The notes under the pieces were generated by a model, which did not search any database, was not told the DNA's origin, and saw only the letters and a program-made list of their open reading frames with translations. Positions 25,740 to 39,130 of a stretch of DNA of 64,000 bases are shown piece by piece (positions within the stretch are counted from its first letter, which is position 1; every line of letters begins with the position of its first letter). The DNA is from Octopus vulgaris (Eukaryota), in contig OX597815.1 of the NCBI GenBank assembly GCA_951406725.2, positions 9,424,001 through 9,488,000 on the forward strand, read 5' to 3'. A program made the translations under genes and the position numbers.

Positions 25740-27855
25740 TTCTACCTGTATCAGGCTACGGCCTCCTTCGCAGCGAGAAAGATATTTTCTGTCTGCGTTT
25801 GCTTTAGATTGGTGACTTTGGAACGCTGTTAATAGTTTTCTGGTTTTTCTATCCAAGTTTCTCAATTCACTGATTTTCCAGTTTATTATGTTGAAGCTGT
25901 AATTTATGACTGGTATGGGCTAGCGTGTTTATCCCTATTGTCTTATTTTTAGCATTAAGTTCAGCGTTTAATATTAGTCTAAGTCTTCTGTAGTACTCTC
26001 TCCTAATTTTCTCTTTCATTTCTGTGTTGTATTTTAGCTGTTTCGTCTATTCCTAGACATTTGTATGGGCGATTGTGGTCTACTCTTTACTCTTTTACTC
26101 TTTTACTTGTTTCAGTCATTTGACTGCGGCCATGCTGGAACACCGCTTTTAATCGAGCAAATCGATCCCTAGACTTATTCTTTTGTAAGCCCAGTACTTA
26201 TTCTATCGGTCTCTTTTGCCGAACCGCTAAGTAACGGAGACATAAACACACCAGCATCGGTTGTCAAGCAATGCTAGGGGGACAAACACAGACGCACAAA
26301 GTGTCTATGTCGGGTACAACGCTTTCACTGCTAATTAGTTTGCGTCTTCTCAGTGTGGCAATGGCACTTTTATCAGGCCCATGCTCATTTCGATGTCCTT
26401 GCTGAAACTATGGAAAATTTTGAGAAGGCTTCTCTGTTCCATTGTGCTTTTAGCGTAAATTTTAAAGTCATCCATGTACAGGAGGTGTTTTTTTGTTTAT
26501 CCATAGCATCTATAACCTATGGTGGTTTCGCTTAGCAAGTTTGTTAACGCAAAAAAAGCAGGAGTTATAGTGAATCTCCCTGGAAAATACCTCTTCTTAC
26601 GGGTATAGGGTAGGTTTTAATGACATGTGAGTCATTTTTTTAATGTTATACTGGTTTTTGCAGTTTGCCATTGAATGTTTAATATATCTTAGTAGTGTTG
26701 GGATACCTTCTTTGTGTGGAGAGAATCCAGTATCCATGAGTGTGGAACACTGTCAACTGCTTTCTGATAATCAATCCAAGTCATGTTTAGGTTTGTCTTT
26801 CTCCTCTTACAATCCTCTATAATAGCTCGAGTTACCAGAGGCTGCTCCTTACAGCCACACATCCCTCTCTTGCATTCCTTCTGGTAAAACAATGTCGTTT
26901 TCCAGGTGTTTTATAAGCCAGTTGTAGATGACTATTTGGGGGATTTTGTAGGATGTTGATAGGCATATTATTAGTCTGTAATTTTGTGGGTGTACGGTGC
27001 CTTTGTTTTGGGGAATTAGGGTGGTTTGTTTTTCCAGCATCCAGTTTGGAGCTGATTCTGCTTATCAATAAATTGGCTGCCGCTAAGTGATTATGGGTAC
27101 TGGTGAGGTGTTTCAAACAGAACTTGGGGACCTTGTCTATCCCTGGAGCTTTTCAGTTGCTGGTACTTCTCTGTGATCTCTTGGGCCAGTAATGGTGGGC
27201 CATATCTGCGGTTTTATTTCGTTCTTCCGTTCCTTTTCCCCCATTAATCCACTTAGCACTTTTGTTGTTTGTTTTTTTTAGTTTGCTCCATATTGCATCC
27301 CAGTATGACAGAATCGCTGATGTTGTTGGCATGGCATCGATTGACATAGTTTTTTTCTTCTTTTTTTCTCTTTTGCTTGTTTAACTTTCTGCAAAAACTT
27401 TTTCTGTTTATTTTGGATTCTCTATTTTGTTGGAAAAAGCGTTCCCGTTTTTCACGCCGTTGATGCAACAAGTTTTTGCTGCTATCCTCTGCTTATTTTT
27501 TTGTTTTGCCTCCTAAGTATCTTTTTTATTTTTATGTTGTATTGTCTTTTATATGGGTCTTGTTTTATTTTTCCTTCTCTAGTTCACAAATTAGTAATAA
27601 ATTTTGATTTTTTTTTTGAATTTCATTTATTATGATCTGATTCCATTTTGGGGTTTGAGATTTGGTTAATATTTTTTCTTTTGGTGAGGTCAGAGAAAGG
27701 CAGAAAAACAGAGGTGATAGAGAGTCTCCTTGGAAAATGCCCCTTCTTATAAGCATAGGGTAGGTTTTATTGACTTGTGAGTCGTTTTTTAAATGTTATA
27801 CTGGTTTTCCAAGTTGCCATTACTTGTTTAATAAACTTTAGTAGTGTTGGGCAAC
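25740..27855 (-). mobile_element. Second degenerate R4/Dong-type LINE (RT N-terminal half) with a partial duplication of the RGIFQGD segment
   Basis: PQNYRLIICL, GCKEQ, WIDYQKAVDSVPHSWI; RGIFQGDSL at ~26580 and again at ~27730. Confidence 0.85.
26081..26300 (-). mobile_element. SINE A 3' half nested in the LINE
   Basis: Matches the family A tail. Confidence 0.85.
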
Positions 27856-27878
27856 TGACAGAGTGCATTATTATTATT

Positions 27879-27925
<47 letters not shown>

Positions 27926-28399
27926 ATTGTTGTTAAATATCTATTACATGATGACTTAAGTAACAGAGAGATTTGGGGAGAGTTGTTGGAAGTAATGACT
28001 CTCCGCGAATCTCAAGAATTTTTCTTTGGTTGATGTTGGCATTCTTCTGCAGGTCGACAAGCTCTTATGTAGTAGTTTGGGTGTTGTGCTCGTTGAACCG
28101 TTTATCAGGAAATCAATTTTCATCTCTTTGCTCCACCTCTGAAATATATTCTTGGTAGATCATCGTGTCTTACCTCAGTTCCTATCAGACAAGATCAAAG
28201 CATCTGTTGTTTCACATCTTGTGGAGAAGACACGTTCCATTGATTGGGCGGTCGATCTGCATTCAACGTCCTCTGCACAGGTGACTGGGTATGTCGTAGC
28301 TGATGACGCACAAATATATGCTGAAGCTGTGACACGTAGACGAAGAATACACGTGCTCCTTCCCCAACTTGTCTCTTTGGCGGAGCAGCGGTTCTGAGT

Positions 28400-29680
28400 C
28401 AAGGAAAGACCCAAATTGGGTGCTTGGAATCTTCATAGCCCTCTTCCAGTTCCAGCTGGACGATGCGGTCGGTAACAGTTCTATGTTGGTATTTTATGGA
28501 AGATTAGTGGTAGGAAAGAGATGTGATATTTTCGGAGAAAAACCATGGCGTCGACGAGACTCAACTGACTTGCCAATCTGGAAGAAGGCATTTTGTCCGG
28601 GCCCATTTTGTCCTTGGTCTGGCCGTGCTCTCGGTGGAAAAACTTTATAGACATGGATGTGCCATCAGTCAAACCTGACCGAAATGTAACTTTGTCTAAC
28701 AGCTGCCATTGCTTGTAACTCGGCTCTGGCTCTCCGGCTATTGACTGATTCCTTTGTGAGGATCGCTCTGGTGCTTTCTTTCTGCTGGGTGGAGCAAAGA
28801 GTTTTTTTTATAGACATGTATGTGCCATCTGTAAAACAAAACTGACCAAAATGTACTGTAGAGCCATCTTCGACGAAGCGTTCCTTGTCGACTTTCTAAA
28901 GTTTTACTTGGAAAAGAGGGTGGGTGTGGCGAGGGAAGTTTCTACCTCACAACTGATTTGTTGAAAGGTGGGTGTGTGGTAAGTAGCTTGCTTACCAACC
29001 ACATGGTTCCGGGCTCAGTCCCACTGCGTAGCATCTTGGGCAAGTGTCTTCTGCTATAGCCCCGGGCCGACTAATGCCTTGTGAGTGGATTTGGTAGACG
29101 GAAAACTGAAAGAAGCCCGTCGTATATATGTATATGTGTGTGTGTGTGTGTGTTTGTGTGTCTGTGTTTGTCCCCCTAGCATTGCTTGACAACCGATGCT
29201 GGTGTGTTTACGTCCCCGTCACTTAGCGGTTCGGCAAAAGAGACCGATAGAATAAGTACTGGGCTTACAAAGAATAAGTCCCGGGGTCGAGTTGCTCGAC
29301 TAAAGGCGGTGCTCCAGCATGGCCGCAGTCAAATGACTGAAACAAGTAAAGGAGTAAAAGAGAGTAAAGAGATAGTTCCTAATATGGTACAAGTGCACGG
29401 CCCTTCTCTGAGCATGGGCTTAGAGTCAGAAAAACAACGGCTGAGAAAGGGTGCTTGTCTTCATGGGCATGCACCCTTGTCTTCAGGGTCTGTGGTATTT
29501 TCTCCAAGTAGCCTTTGAAACTGTTTTACCCGATTTAGGAGTTTTGTTTGGAATTTTCTAGTTCCTTGTTATTTTTGTTACCCTTTTTGGTCAGTCTTAC
29601 CTAAAGCCACCACTGTGTTTGTATGTTGTCCTTTGTACTGTCTTTTCTTTCAGGCCCTGTAGTTAATAAAGAAATCAATA
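28400..29680 (+). mobile_element. Diverged Tx1-like LINE 3' end with 3'UTR, interrupted by SINE A
   Basis: 28490-28640 aligns by eye with 2365-2520; ends with AATAAA near 29664. Confidence 0.6.
28969..29371 (+). mobile_element. SINE family A, first bases missing
   Basis: Matches 7764-8175. Confidence 0.9.
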
Positions 29681-30165
29681 TCATCATCATCATGGTTGAA
29701 AATAACGTCAATAACACTATTTATTTATCTATTTTACTAAAAAAACCCCAATTAGTTTCATGTTGAAAAGCAAGCATGAAAATGTTCAAAGTTAATAAAC
29801 GATGCCTTGATAATGTTTACAGATATCAGTTTTCCCCTTTTTTTTTAAGCCACTCCCAAGCATCAAGAAATCCACAACAAAACAGGCCTCAGGTTATCAG
29901 TTTGTTGAGAATTTCAAAAGAAAACGGGTAAACCTTAGCTCTCGTATGATGTATTATCTGTTGCATGGTGATATATCTTTGTTTCTTATTTTCTCTATTG
30001 TATCATTTATCTGTCTTCGATTCATATACACCTTGTTACATGATATCTCCCTATTGTGTAATATATCTGCTTTTGTGCCATATATTTTCTATCGTAATGA
30101 TAATTCTGCTGTGATATCTCAGCTACTGTGTTATATATTGTGTATTGTATCACATATATGAATAC

Positions 30166-30206
<41 letters not shown>

Positions 30207-30324
30207 CATACATATACATACATATATGTATCTGTATTTCTCTGTCTCTCTATCTATCTGTTTTCCTCTCTCTCCTCCCCTCTCTCCACACCCTCTCTCA
30301 CTTTCTCACTCTCTCTCTCTCTCC

Positions 30325-30418
<94 letters not shown>

Positions 30419-30440
30419 CTTATATGTAGTATTTATTTGT

Positions 30441-30480
<40 letters not shown>

Positions 30481-30593
30481 GTGTATATAACGTTCCATGA
30501 TGTCTGTTATTGCTTCGTGCATTCCCTATTATGAAATATCTCTTATTTCGTGATGTATTCTCTATTGTGCAATATATCTCCATTGTACGACAG

Positions 30594-30719
30594 GCGTGTT
30601 GTAAGATAGAGTACGATGGGCTTCTCAACAGATTGCGGAAATTGAAGAGGCGCCGTCGTCGGATGCGGTGCGACTCGGACATTTCAATTCTGGCGGAGCA
30701 GATCACTCTTGAAATCTAG
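30594..30719 (+). CDS. Candidate terminal coding exon of an unidentified host gene
   Basis: GC-rich unique island after an acceptor-like ...tctccattgtacgacAG; reads [41 protein letters not shown]; no recognised homology. Confidence 0.3.
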   Translation, partial: ACCKIEYDGLLNRLRKLKRRRRRMRCDSDISILAEQITLEI

Positions 30720-30769
30720 GCATACCCACTTTCTTTCAGCAGGGTGGATGTGTGTGTGTGTGTGTGTGA

Positions 30770-31427
30770 AAGAGAGAGAGAGAGGTGGGGAAAGAGAGAG
30801 AAAGAGAAGGAGGGAGGGAGAGAGCGAAGCGGGCAGACTGACAAACAGAAAGAGAGGAGGAGGAGCGAGGGAACGAGAGAATCAAAGAAGGAATAGCAGG
30901 AGGAGTAGCAAGAGGACGAGGAAAGGAAGGAGGAGGGGGGAGAAGAGGAGGTAGAAGTAAGAGGGGGAGGGGAAGAAAGAGGAGGAGGAGGAGGAGGAGA
31001 AGAAGAAGAAAGAGGAAGAGAAGAAGTAAAAGAAAGAGAAGAAGAAGAAGGAGAAGAAGAAAAAGAAGAAAGAGAAGGAGAAGAAGAAGAAGAAGAAGAA
31101 AGAGGAGGAGAAGAAGAAAAAAAAAGAGGAAGAGAAGAAGAAAAAGAAGGAGAAGAAGAAGAAGAAGGAGGAGGTAAAGGAGGAGGAGGAGGAGGAAGAG
31201 AAGAAGAAAAAGAAAGAGGAAGAGAAGAAGAAAAAGAAAGAAAAGAAGGAGGTGGAGGAGGAGGAGAAGAAGAAGAAAAAGAAAGAGGAAGAGAAGAAGA
31301 AAAAGAAAGAGAAGAAGAAGAAGAAGAAGGAGGAGGAGGAGGAGAAGAAGAAAAAGAAAGAGGAAGAGAAGAAGAAAAAGAAAGAAAAGAAGAAGGAGGA
31401 GGAGAAGAAGAAGAAGAAGAAGAAGGA

Positions 31428-31462
<35 letters not shown>

Positions 31463-31503
31463 AGAAGAAGAAGAAGAAGAAGAAGAAGAAGAAGAAGAAG
31501 AAG
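30770..31503. repeat. (GAA/GGA)n polypurine tract
   Basis: Direct inspection. Confidence 0.95.
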
Positions 31504-32402
31504 CGGCAGAAAGCCACTGTCGCTAGGCAGAGGTACAGAGAGAATGATTATTTGCGCCAGATAACTTGGCTAATTAACCGTTGTATTGTATATATATATC
31601 CCCTTATATAAAATGTCTCTGATGAGGTGTACCCTCTGTTATTTATTATTTCCTTTAATGGTTTGATGCACTTTTAAGTTGCGTAACATTTCTAATATAA
31701 CATAATAATGCCTTTTGCACTTTTATCAGAAATGTATTTCAGATTTTAGGTTACGTCTGAAAACATTCAGTCTCGATTCCTCAAACATAATTCTTCAAGA
31801 ATGCCAAATTATATGACATTAGCACAAGGATTCTTATGGTTAAATGTCTTCCTCCGCTTCTCCTTCCCTATCTTTCTCAACCTCTCTCTCTCTCTCTTTT
31901 TCTCTCTTTCTCTCTCTCTCCCTATTCGATCTCTCCTTTTCTGTTTGATGGACACACTTCAAGCTGTAATAATCAATAAAAGACGGCAGGTTATACAACT
32001 TGTGTCAACATGTTTCTCTAATTATATCTGATAACGAATTTATCTGGGGAAACGGACAGTTCTTTCAGCGCCGACGCGGGAATCGGTTTTGATTTTACCG
32101 TTTTAGGCACTGGACTTAATGCATTGGACGCCTTCAATTGCCACAAACGCATACAAACGTGGCAATGTGTGTGTTTATTTGTATGTATGTATGTATGTAT
32201 GTATGTATGTATGTATGTATGTATGTATGTGTGTGTTGTATACACACAGACACATACACACACACACACACGCATATATGTATGTATATGTTTGTTTTTG
32301 CTTAGTTGTACTAAAAATTTTACATTAATCTGAAGGCTTACTTTCTCTCTCTCTCTTTCTCTCTGTCTACCTATCTAACTATATATCTATCTATCTATCT
32401 GC

Positions 32403-32556
32403 TTTTACTTTTTTATTCTTTTATTCTTTTACTTGTTTCAGTAATTTCACTGCGGTCATGCTGGAGCACCGCCTTGAAGTCGAACAAATCAACCACAGAC
32501 TTATTCTTTGTAAGCCTTGTACTTATTCTATCGGTCCCCTTTGGCGAACCGCTAAG

Positions 32557-32560
<4 letters not shown>
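32403..32560 (-). mobile_element. SINE A 3' fragment
   Basis: Matches the family A tail. Confidence 0.8.
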
Positions 32561-32600
<40 letters not shown>

Positions 32601-32774
32601 ATACACACTCACATCTGCTTGCCCATATCATTTATGTATCATAAACCTACGTTTTACTTCCACTAAAAATCATCCTAACCCCCAGATTTACTCGGTTTCC
32701 CCCCAGAAACCGGTCTGAAACGAGTAAGAATTTAACTGTACAAATAGACCAGCCCCTCCTTACACACAGGCGCT

Positions 32775-32821
<47 letters not shown>

Positions 32822-33014
32822 TGCCCGAGCCATTATTTCGAGAACTTTCTCTACAAAAAAAAAAGACTGACTTCAGGACTTACTCGTTCCGATGTTGACT
32901 TAGACAACGGTCTAAAGTGATTAGTAACGAGGTCAATCTCACTGGTCTTGTAGAAGTCGGCAAAAGTCTTGGGCACTTTCCCTTCCGCCAGCAGGTAAAA
33001 ATAAGACATGAATA

Positions 33015-33425
33015 TACTCTTTACTCTTTACTCTTTTACTTGTTTCAGTCATTTGACTGCGGCCATGCTGGAGCACCGCCTTTAGTCGAGCAAATCGACC
33101 CCAGGACTTATTCTTTGTAAGCCCAGTACCTATTCTGTCGGTCTCTTTTGTCGAACCGCTAGGTGACGGGGACATAAACACACCAGCATCGGTTGTCAAG
33201 CAATGCTAGGGGGACAAACACAGACACACAAACATACACACACACATATATATATATACATATATATACGACGGGCTTCTTTCAGTTTCCGTCTACCAAA
33301 TCCACTAGCTTTGGTGGGCCCGAGGCTATAGTAGAAGACACTTGCCCAAGATGCCACGCAGTGGGACTGAACCCGGAACTATGTGGTTGGTAAGCAAGAT
33401 ACTTACCACACAGCCACTCCTGCGC
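33015..33425 (-). mobile_element. SINE family A, full length
   Basis: Reverse complement of family A. Confidence 0.9.
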
Positions 33426-33749
33426 TTATACATGTGTGAATTTGTGTGTGTGTATGTATCTGTATGTGTGCGTGTGCGTGATAGATATACATATACTTTC
33501 TTTGAGTTAGAATACTGGAATTCTTTCTCTATGTCCATTTATTTCACAGAGGCATTGGTCATAGCACCAACGAATTAGTTGTGGAACACTCTCAGGAGGA
33601 AAATGCTTTCTTTGGGCGCATTAAGATATTTCTTGTGAGGGTCATGCTTCATTTATATGTATGTATCAACGTGTTTGTATGTATTTGTGTGTGTGTTTGA
33701 GTGTGTGTGTGTGTGCGCGCACGAGCGTATGTGCCTATATATATATAAA

Positions 33750-34040
33750 TCTATTATATAAAATCCGTTCTGTCTGTCTGTCTGTCTGTCTGTGCGTGTG
33801 TGTCTTCTAGGATCTCGAGCATCCTCCATCCGATTGCGCTCAAATTTGATATGTAGATAGCGACGGTATCAGGGCGTGTCTAAGTCTTGAAAAAATTACA
33901 AAAATCGATTCCGGGTGAGAATGCGATCGATAAAGCCGTGGGAACGTGCATTTGGGACGTTCGGTAAGTTGTTTTGAGAAAATTTGGTTTAAATGTTTGA
34001 CAACTCAGCACCGTCCATTGGACGGGGAGCGTTTTGCTCT
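33750..34040 (+). mobile_element. Helitron-like 5' fragment of another family
   Basis: A|TCTATTATATAAAA, (TCTG)n, and a ccgattgcgctcaaatttg motif resembling ccgattctgatgaaacttg in the other Helitrons; no CTAG end found. Confidence 0.5.
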
Positions 34041-34049
34041 TATACATAC

Positions 34050-34129
<80 letters not shown>

Positions 34130-34339
34130 GCACATTCACACTCATACATTTCAGTATGTATCAGTACATATACAGTTATGTAAGATGCGACATTTTTATC
34201 ACACAAAACTTGTAATACTTTTCGAAACTTCTTAATGTCTCCAGTATTTTGTAGTTTTGTGATGAGAAGTCACAGATGTAAATCTTTGTTCATAAATCAA
34301 AAAGGAAACATCACTCCATCCAAGAATGAGGAATTTTAA

Positions 34340-34560
34340 GTTGCCGATTACGAAATCAAGATAGACAACTATGTAATCGAGAGTGACAGTACGGAAATTG
34401 AGGATGACGCTGATGAAATCGAGATGACCGTTGACGAGATTGAGGTTGATAATGTCGAATTTGAGGGGAAATCTCAATTTAGTTGTTAACTATGTCTATA
34501 AAGTGTGGACCAGTTCTGGAAGTGCAGGTAATGAAGTCTGTTGTCACTCCGTAAAATTCG
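34340..34560 (+). pseudogene. Acidic coding-like relic, possibly a piggyBac transposase N-terminus
   Basis: Frame DYEIKIDNYVIESDSTEIEDDADEIEMTVDEIEVDNVEFEG; no catalytic domain seen. Confidence 0.25.
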
Positions 34561-34628
34561 CCACATTCACATGTGGTAACGTCAGGTCTACTGTCAACAT
34601 TTGCCAACATGTTGGTTAAACTATTTCA

Positions 34629-34859
34629 GGCGGCGAGCTGGCAGAAACGTTAGCACGCCGGGCGAAATGCTTAGCGGTATTTTGTCTGTCGTTACGTTCT
34701 GAGTTCAAATTCCGCCGAGGTGACTTTGCCTTTCATCCTTTCAGGGTCGATAAATTAAGTACCAGTTACGTACTGGGGATCGATGTAATCGACTTAATCC
34801 GTTTGTCTGCCCTTATTTGTCCCCTCTGTGTTTAGCCCTTTGTGGGTAGTTAAGAAATA
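34629..34859 (+). mobile_element. SINE family B monomer
   Basis: Complete; candidate TSD tatttca. Confidence 0.9.
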
Positions 34860-35041
34860 TATTTCATATGTTCTTTTGACCAACCAAACGTTAATAATCT
34901 TTGGAGCCTAATTTTCTTATAAAGTCATAAATCAGGTGTTATATTACATGTATTTCATTGTCTCTTGGTAGTAGTTAACTTCTATCTCGGTTTAACTTCG
35001 ATAGAATTTCTGCCAGTAAATATGTAATTATTCGACTTAGT

Positions 35042-35427
35042 GGAGGCGCAATGGCCCAGTGGTTAGGGCAGCGGACTTGCGGTCATAGGATCGAGGTTTC
35101 GATTCCCAGACCGGCCGTTGTGAGTGTTTATTGAGCGAAAACACCTAAAGCTCCACGAGGCTCCGGCAGGGGATGGTGGTGATCCCTGCTGTACTCTTTC
35201 ACCACAACTTTCTCTCACTCTTTCTTCCTGTTTCTGTTGTACCTGTATTTCAAAGGGCCGGCCTTGTCACTCTCTGTGTCACGCTGAATATCCCCGAGAA
35301 TTACGTTAAGGGTGCGCGTGTCTGTGGAGTGCTCAGCCACTTACACGTTAATTTCACGAGCAGGCTGTTCCGTTGATCGGATCAACCGGAACCCTCGTCG
35401 TCGTAACCGACGGAGTGCTTCCATCAC
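35042..35427 (+). mobile_element. SINE family C, full length with 16-bp TSD
   Basis: TSD aattattcgacttagt at 35026-35041 and 35428-35443; A-box TGGCCCAGTGG, B-box GGTTTCGATTCC. Confidence 0.92.
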
Positions 35428-36035
35428 AATTATTCGACTTAGTATGATACCCATTTCTCTTTTTGCACATAACTTTACAAACCAAATTTTCCATTGATAT
35501 GAAAACATGAAAATATCCACATAGTGTTACCAAAACGTTTTTCAATATAAATTATCGAATTTTTATGTAGATGTACATTTTCACAAATACACTCATGTAA
35601 ATTTTAGAAAATTATGGTCTACGATATTCTATGTTGAGTTTTGTATTTAATCTGCATTCATTAACTTCATGCTGTGGAATAACCGCTGCATTATTTTACC
35701 AGTAAGAACAGTCACAGTCGAAACCTATTTTCACTGTTTGTATATAATTAAAAGAAATTATAAGCCATTTTAAAAATTTGTTATATGTTAACCGATCTTT
35801 TGAATTTCCTCTATACATTTTACATATGTATTGTTATTTAGGATGAGGTCAACCGTGATCGAGCACTTCTTATTATCAAGGGCATTAAAAGCATAACGAA
35901 GATTGTTTTAAAGAAATAACCTCTTGGATCGTTATGTAAGACAGTAGAGTGTACATAGTGGGATATTTGGTTGCTATTTCTAGTTGGTCGTATAAATGTT
36001 CCCTCATTAACTTGTATTATATATGTCTATAAATC

Positions 36036-36225
36036 AGGCGGTTCGTTTGTAGAATCGTTAGCGGTATTTCGTCTGTCTTTACGTTCTGAGTTTAAATTCC
36101 GCTGAGGTCGACTTTCTCTTTCATCCTTTCGGAGTCGATAAAATAAGTACCAGTCAAGTACTGGCATCGTTGTAATCGACTCCCTTTTCTCAAAAACTGC
36201 TGGCCTTATGTCAAAATTTGAAACA
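36036..36225 (+). mobile_element. Older SINE B-related copy with an alternative tail
   Basis: ggcggttcg...ggtatttcgtctg...tttcatcctttcggagtcgataaa. Confidence 0.75.
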
Positions 36226-36309
36226 GTTATATATGTGTATAACTGAATAGAGTAAGTACAGCGTTGAGAGGTACAGAAATGGATAGGGCGGTATGGGTAA
36301 CGGAATATT

Positions 36310-36540
36310 TATTTCTTTACTACCCACAAGGGGCTAAACACAGAGGGGACAAACAAGGACAGACAAACGGATGAAGTCGATCACATCGACCCCAGTGCGT
36401 AACTGTTACTTAATTTATCGACCCCGAAAGGATGACAGGCAAAGTCGACCTCGGCGGAATTTGAACTCAGAACGCAGCGGCAAACGAAATACTGCTGAGC
36501 ATTTCGCCCGGCGTGCTAACGTTTCTGCCAGCTCGCCGCC
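36310..36540 (-). mobile_element. SINE family B monomer
   Basis: Complete; imperfect TSD tatgggtaacggaata / tatgtgtaacgtaata. Confidence 0.9.
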
Positions 36541-37519
36541 TTATGTGTAACGTAATACTGTGCATAATATAGTATAGTGAAATTTTGACGTAGAACAACA
36601 TAGTATAGAGTAGTGTAGCGATGTTGTGTAGCGTCACAAAGCATAGTGCAGCTTATTGTTGTGTAGTATTGCATGGTGTCATGTAGTTCGCTATTACCAT
36701 AGTCTTATACATTCTATCTAATACATTCTTTCTAATACATTCTTTCTAATACATTCTAATAATTCATTCTAATACATTCTTTCTAATACATTCTTTCTAA
36801 TACATTCTTTCGAATTTGGGTGCAAAACCAGCAACTGTGAGTGGTGGAGGCAAGTGGATTACATTGAACCCAGTACTTGACTGGTGCTTACATTATTGAC
36901 TTCAAAAGAATGGCACGGAATTTTGTCAGTGAACAGATCGCGGTCTCAAAGCGACGAGTGTTTCTTTAATGGCTTATAAACACCTTCCACGCTGCAATTG
37001 TTTTCGTTCCAGCACACGATCTCAGATCAGGTCACTTGTTATGCAAGTACATCTCCGTAAAGAATGAGGTGTTTTCTTTAATATAACGAAATGTAGCGTA
37101 ATACAGTTATGTGGTTCAGTGTAGAAATAATGTAGTATCGTGTAACATAGAATAATGGAATGTATGTTAAAATGGTGTGATACAACGTTGTATCGAAAAT
37201 CGTAGCTCAGTGTGGTATCCAGAATCTCCTAAGCGGTATTGTAGGTCTTCTGGCAAATGAATGTAGAGGGCCTTGTACTATTTGTTTATTAACAGCCAGC
37301 CACAACACACATTGATCAGAATTGGGCCTCTGTATCAGCGAGGCCCTTTGGTAATAGCCCATTTTGCCCATACCTTAAGACAGCCGTTCTAGTGTCGTAT
37401 CAGAGGACAGTGTAGTGTAATGTAGTAATGTGTATTGCAGTGAAGTATTGTTTAGTGTTGTAATGCTATATAAATATAGTATAGTATAGTATCATTGTAC
37501 AGAACAGCATGACTAGTGG

Positions 37520-38060
37520 AGTAAATTCCGCGAGGTGACTTTGCCTTTCATCCTTTCGGGGTCGATTAAATAAGTACCAGTTACGCACTGGAGTCGATAT
37601 AATCGACTTAATCCGTTTGTCTGTCCTTCTTTGTCCTCTCTGTGTTTAGCTCCTTGTGGGTAGTAAAGAAATAGGTATTTCGTCTGTCTTTACGTTCTGA
37701 GTTCAAATTCCGCCGAGGTCGATTTTGCCTTTCATCCTTTCGGGGTCGATAAATTAAGCACCAGTTTCGCACTGGGGGTCGATGTAATCGACCTAATCCC
37801 TTTGTCTCTCCTTGTTTGTCCCCTCTATGTTTAGCCCCTTGTGAGCAATAAAGAAATAAGAAACGTTAGCACCTCGGGCGAAATGCTTAGCGGTACTTCG
37901 TCTGTCTTTACGTTCTGAGTTCAAATTCCACCGAGGTTGACTTTGCTTTCATCTTTTCGGGGTGGATAAATCAAGTACCAGTTGCATACTATGGTCGATC
38001 TAATCGACTGACCCCACTCCCCCAAAATTTCGGGCCTTGTGCCTAGAGTAGAAAAGAATA
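37520..38060 (+). mobile_element. SINE family B array of three units, the last with an alternative tail
   Basis: Junctions aaagaaata|ggtatttcg (~37673) and aaagaaata|agaaacgttagc (~37858). Confidence 0.85.
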
Positions 38061-38749
38061 TAATGCGAAATATTGTGTAGGGTTGTTTAGTATTGTTATA
38101 TAATGCAATATATTTAATTGTTGTAGTACAATACATTATTGTATATTATTATAGACTAGTCTAGAGTATAATGTAATGTAATGCGGCATTATAGTGGAGT
38201 GTAGAATACTGTTATGTTTTATAATGTATGAAGAATAAACCCTTGTTCTGTTCATTTAGTAGAAATGTAAATGAAAGTTACAAGCAGAAATGAATGTGAA
38301 CTGTGACCTGTAGTTGAATATAGATGGTTAAGTTCATAGCAAATGTAGTGGAAGAACTTAATAGTATATAACCTTGCTTGGTTTATTCAATGAATCTCTT
38401 TCTAAATATTCCTCCTCGTACCTAAGCAGCTTACTAAACATGGACAGTCACATAGAAATACGTAATATAAACGGAATACAAAAACTAGAATATACATACG
38501 TACTGATACACACATAGACATCACCACTACCACCACCACTACCACCACCACCACACCACACTCATAGATGCACGCATGAACCTAATCATGCATGTAACGA
38601 GAATACTAAACACAGCGCTTAATGGTCGGTCACTGTATTCAGTAAAGTCAGTCAGAATAATAATAATTAGAAAACTTCCTACACTGACAATTTGCGAGCC
38701 AAAGTGGATTTTACCGTCGTCTGCTTCTTCGAAAATTACAGCCATTCTT

Positions 38750-39130
38750 TACAGCCATGTAGATTTGACAGAGTGAAGCGATAAGAAGTTATGTTATTGA
38801 AAACAAGGCATGTACACAAACGGTAATTCTGTAGAAGGCAGCACGAATTCAATTTACAGACATGACAGATCGACTTTCTTACCATTCATAAACTAATCTA
38901 GTGGATTTATTGTTTCATGTCTTTCATAAATCGTGCATGGTTTCTTCTTGATTGTTTCAGAACAATAATATTTTTATTTTCTCCTTTCTAGCTTCAAACC
39001 ACTATTTTCTTATTAAGCCATCTTCATTTTTCAACCACTTCACGTCTGCTTTTTCCTTCACCGAGAAGCTGAATTCTTTGTTCTGTCATACAAATAAATG
39101 TACGATGCTGTTTCACCTGGACAGGAAACT
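38750..39130 (-). pseudogene. Possible pogo/Tigger-type transposase N-terminal HTH relic
   Basis: KQHRTFICMTEQRIQLLGEGKSRREVVEK resembles the CENP-B-type HTH start; stops downstream. Confidence 0.3.

Noticed and set aside
35042-35115. Functional tRNA genes at SINE heads (also 7764, 13404, 43590, 58094)
   Set aside because: Acceptor stems do not pair properly and each continues into repeat sequence
36545-38220. Degenerate (TAGTG/TAGTA)n and 14-bp acattctttctaat repeats
   Set aside because: Decayed simple repeats or SINE-tail slippage; nothing further supported
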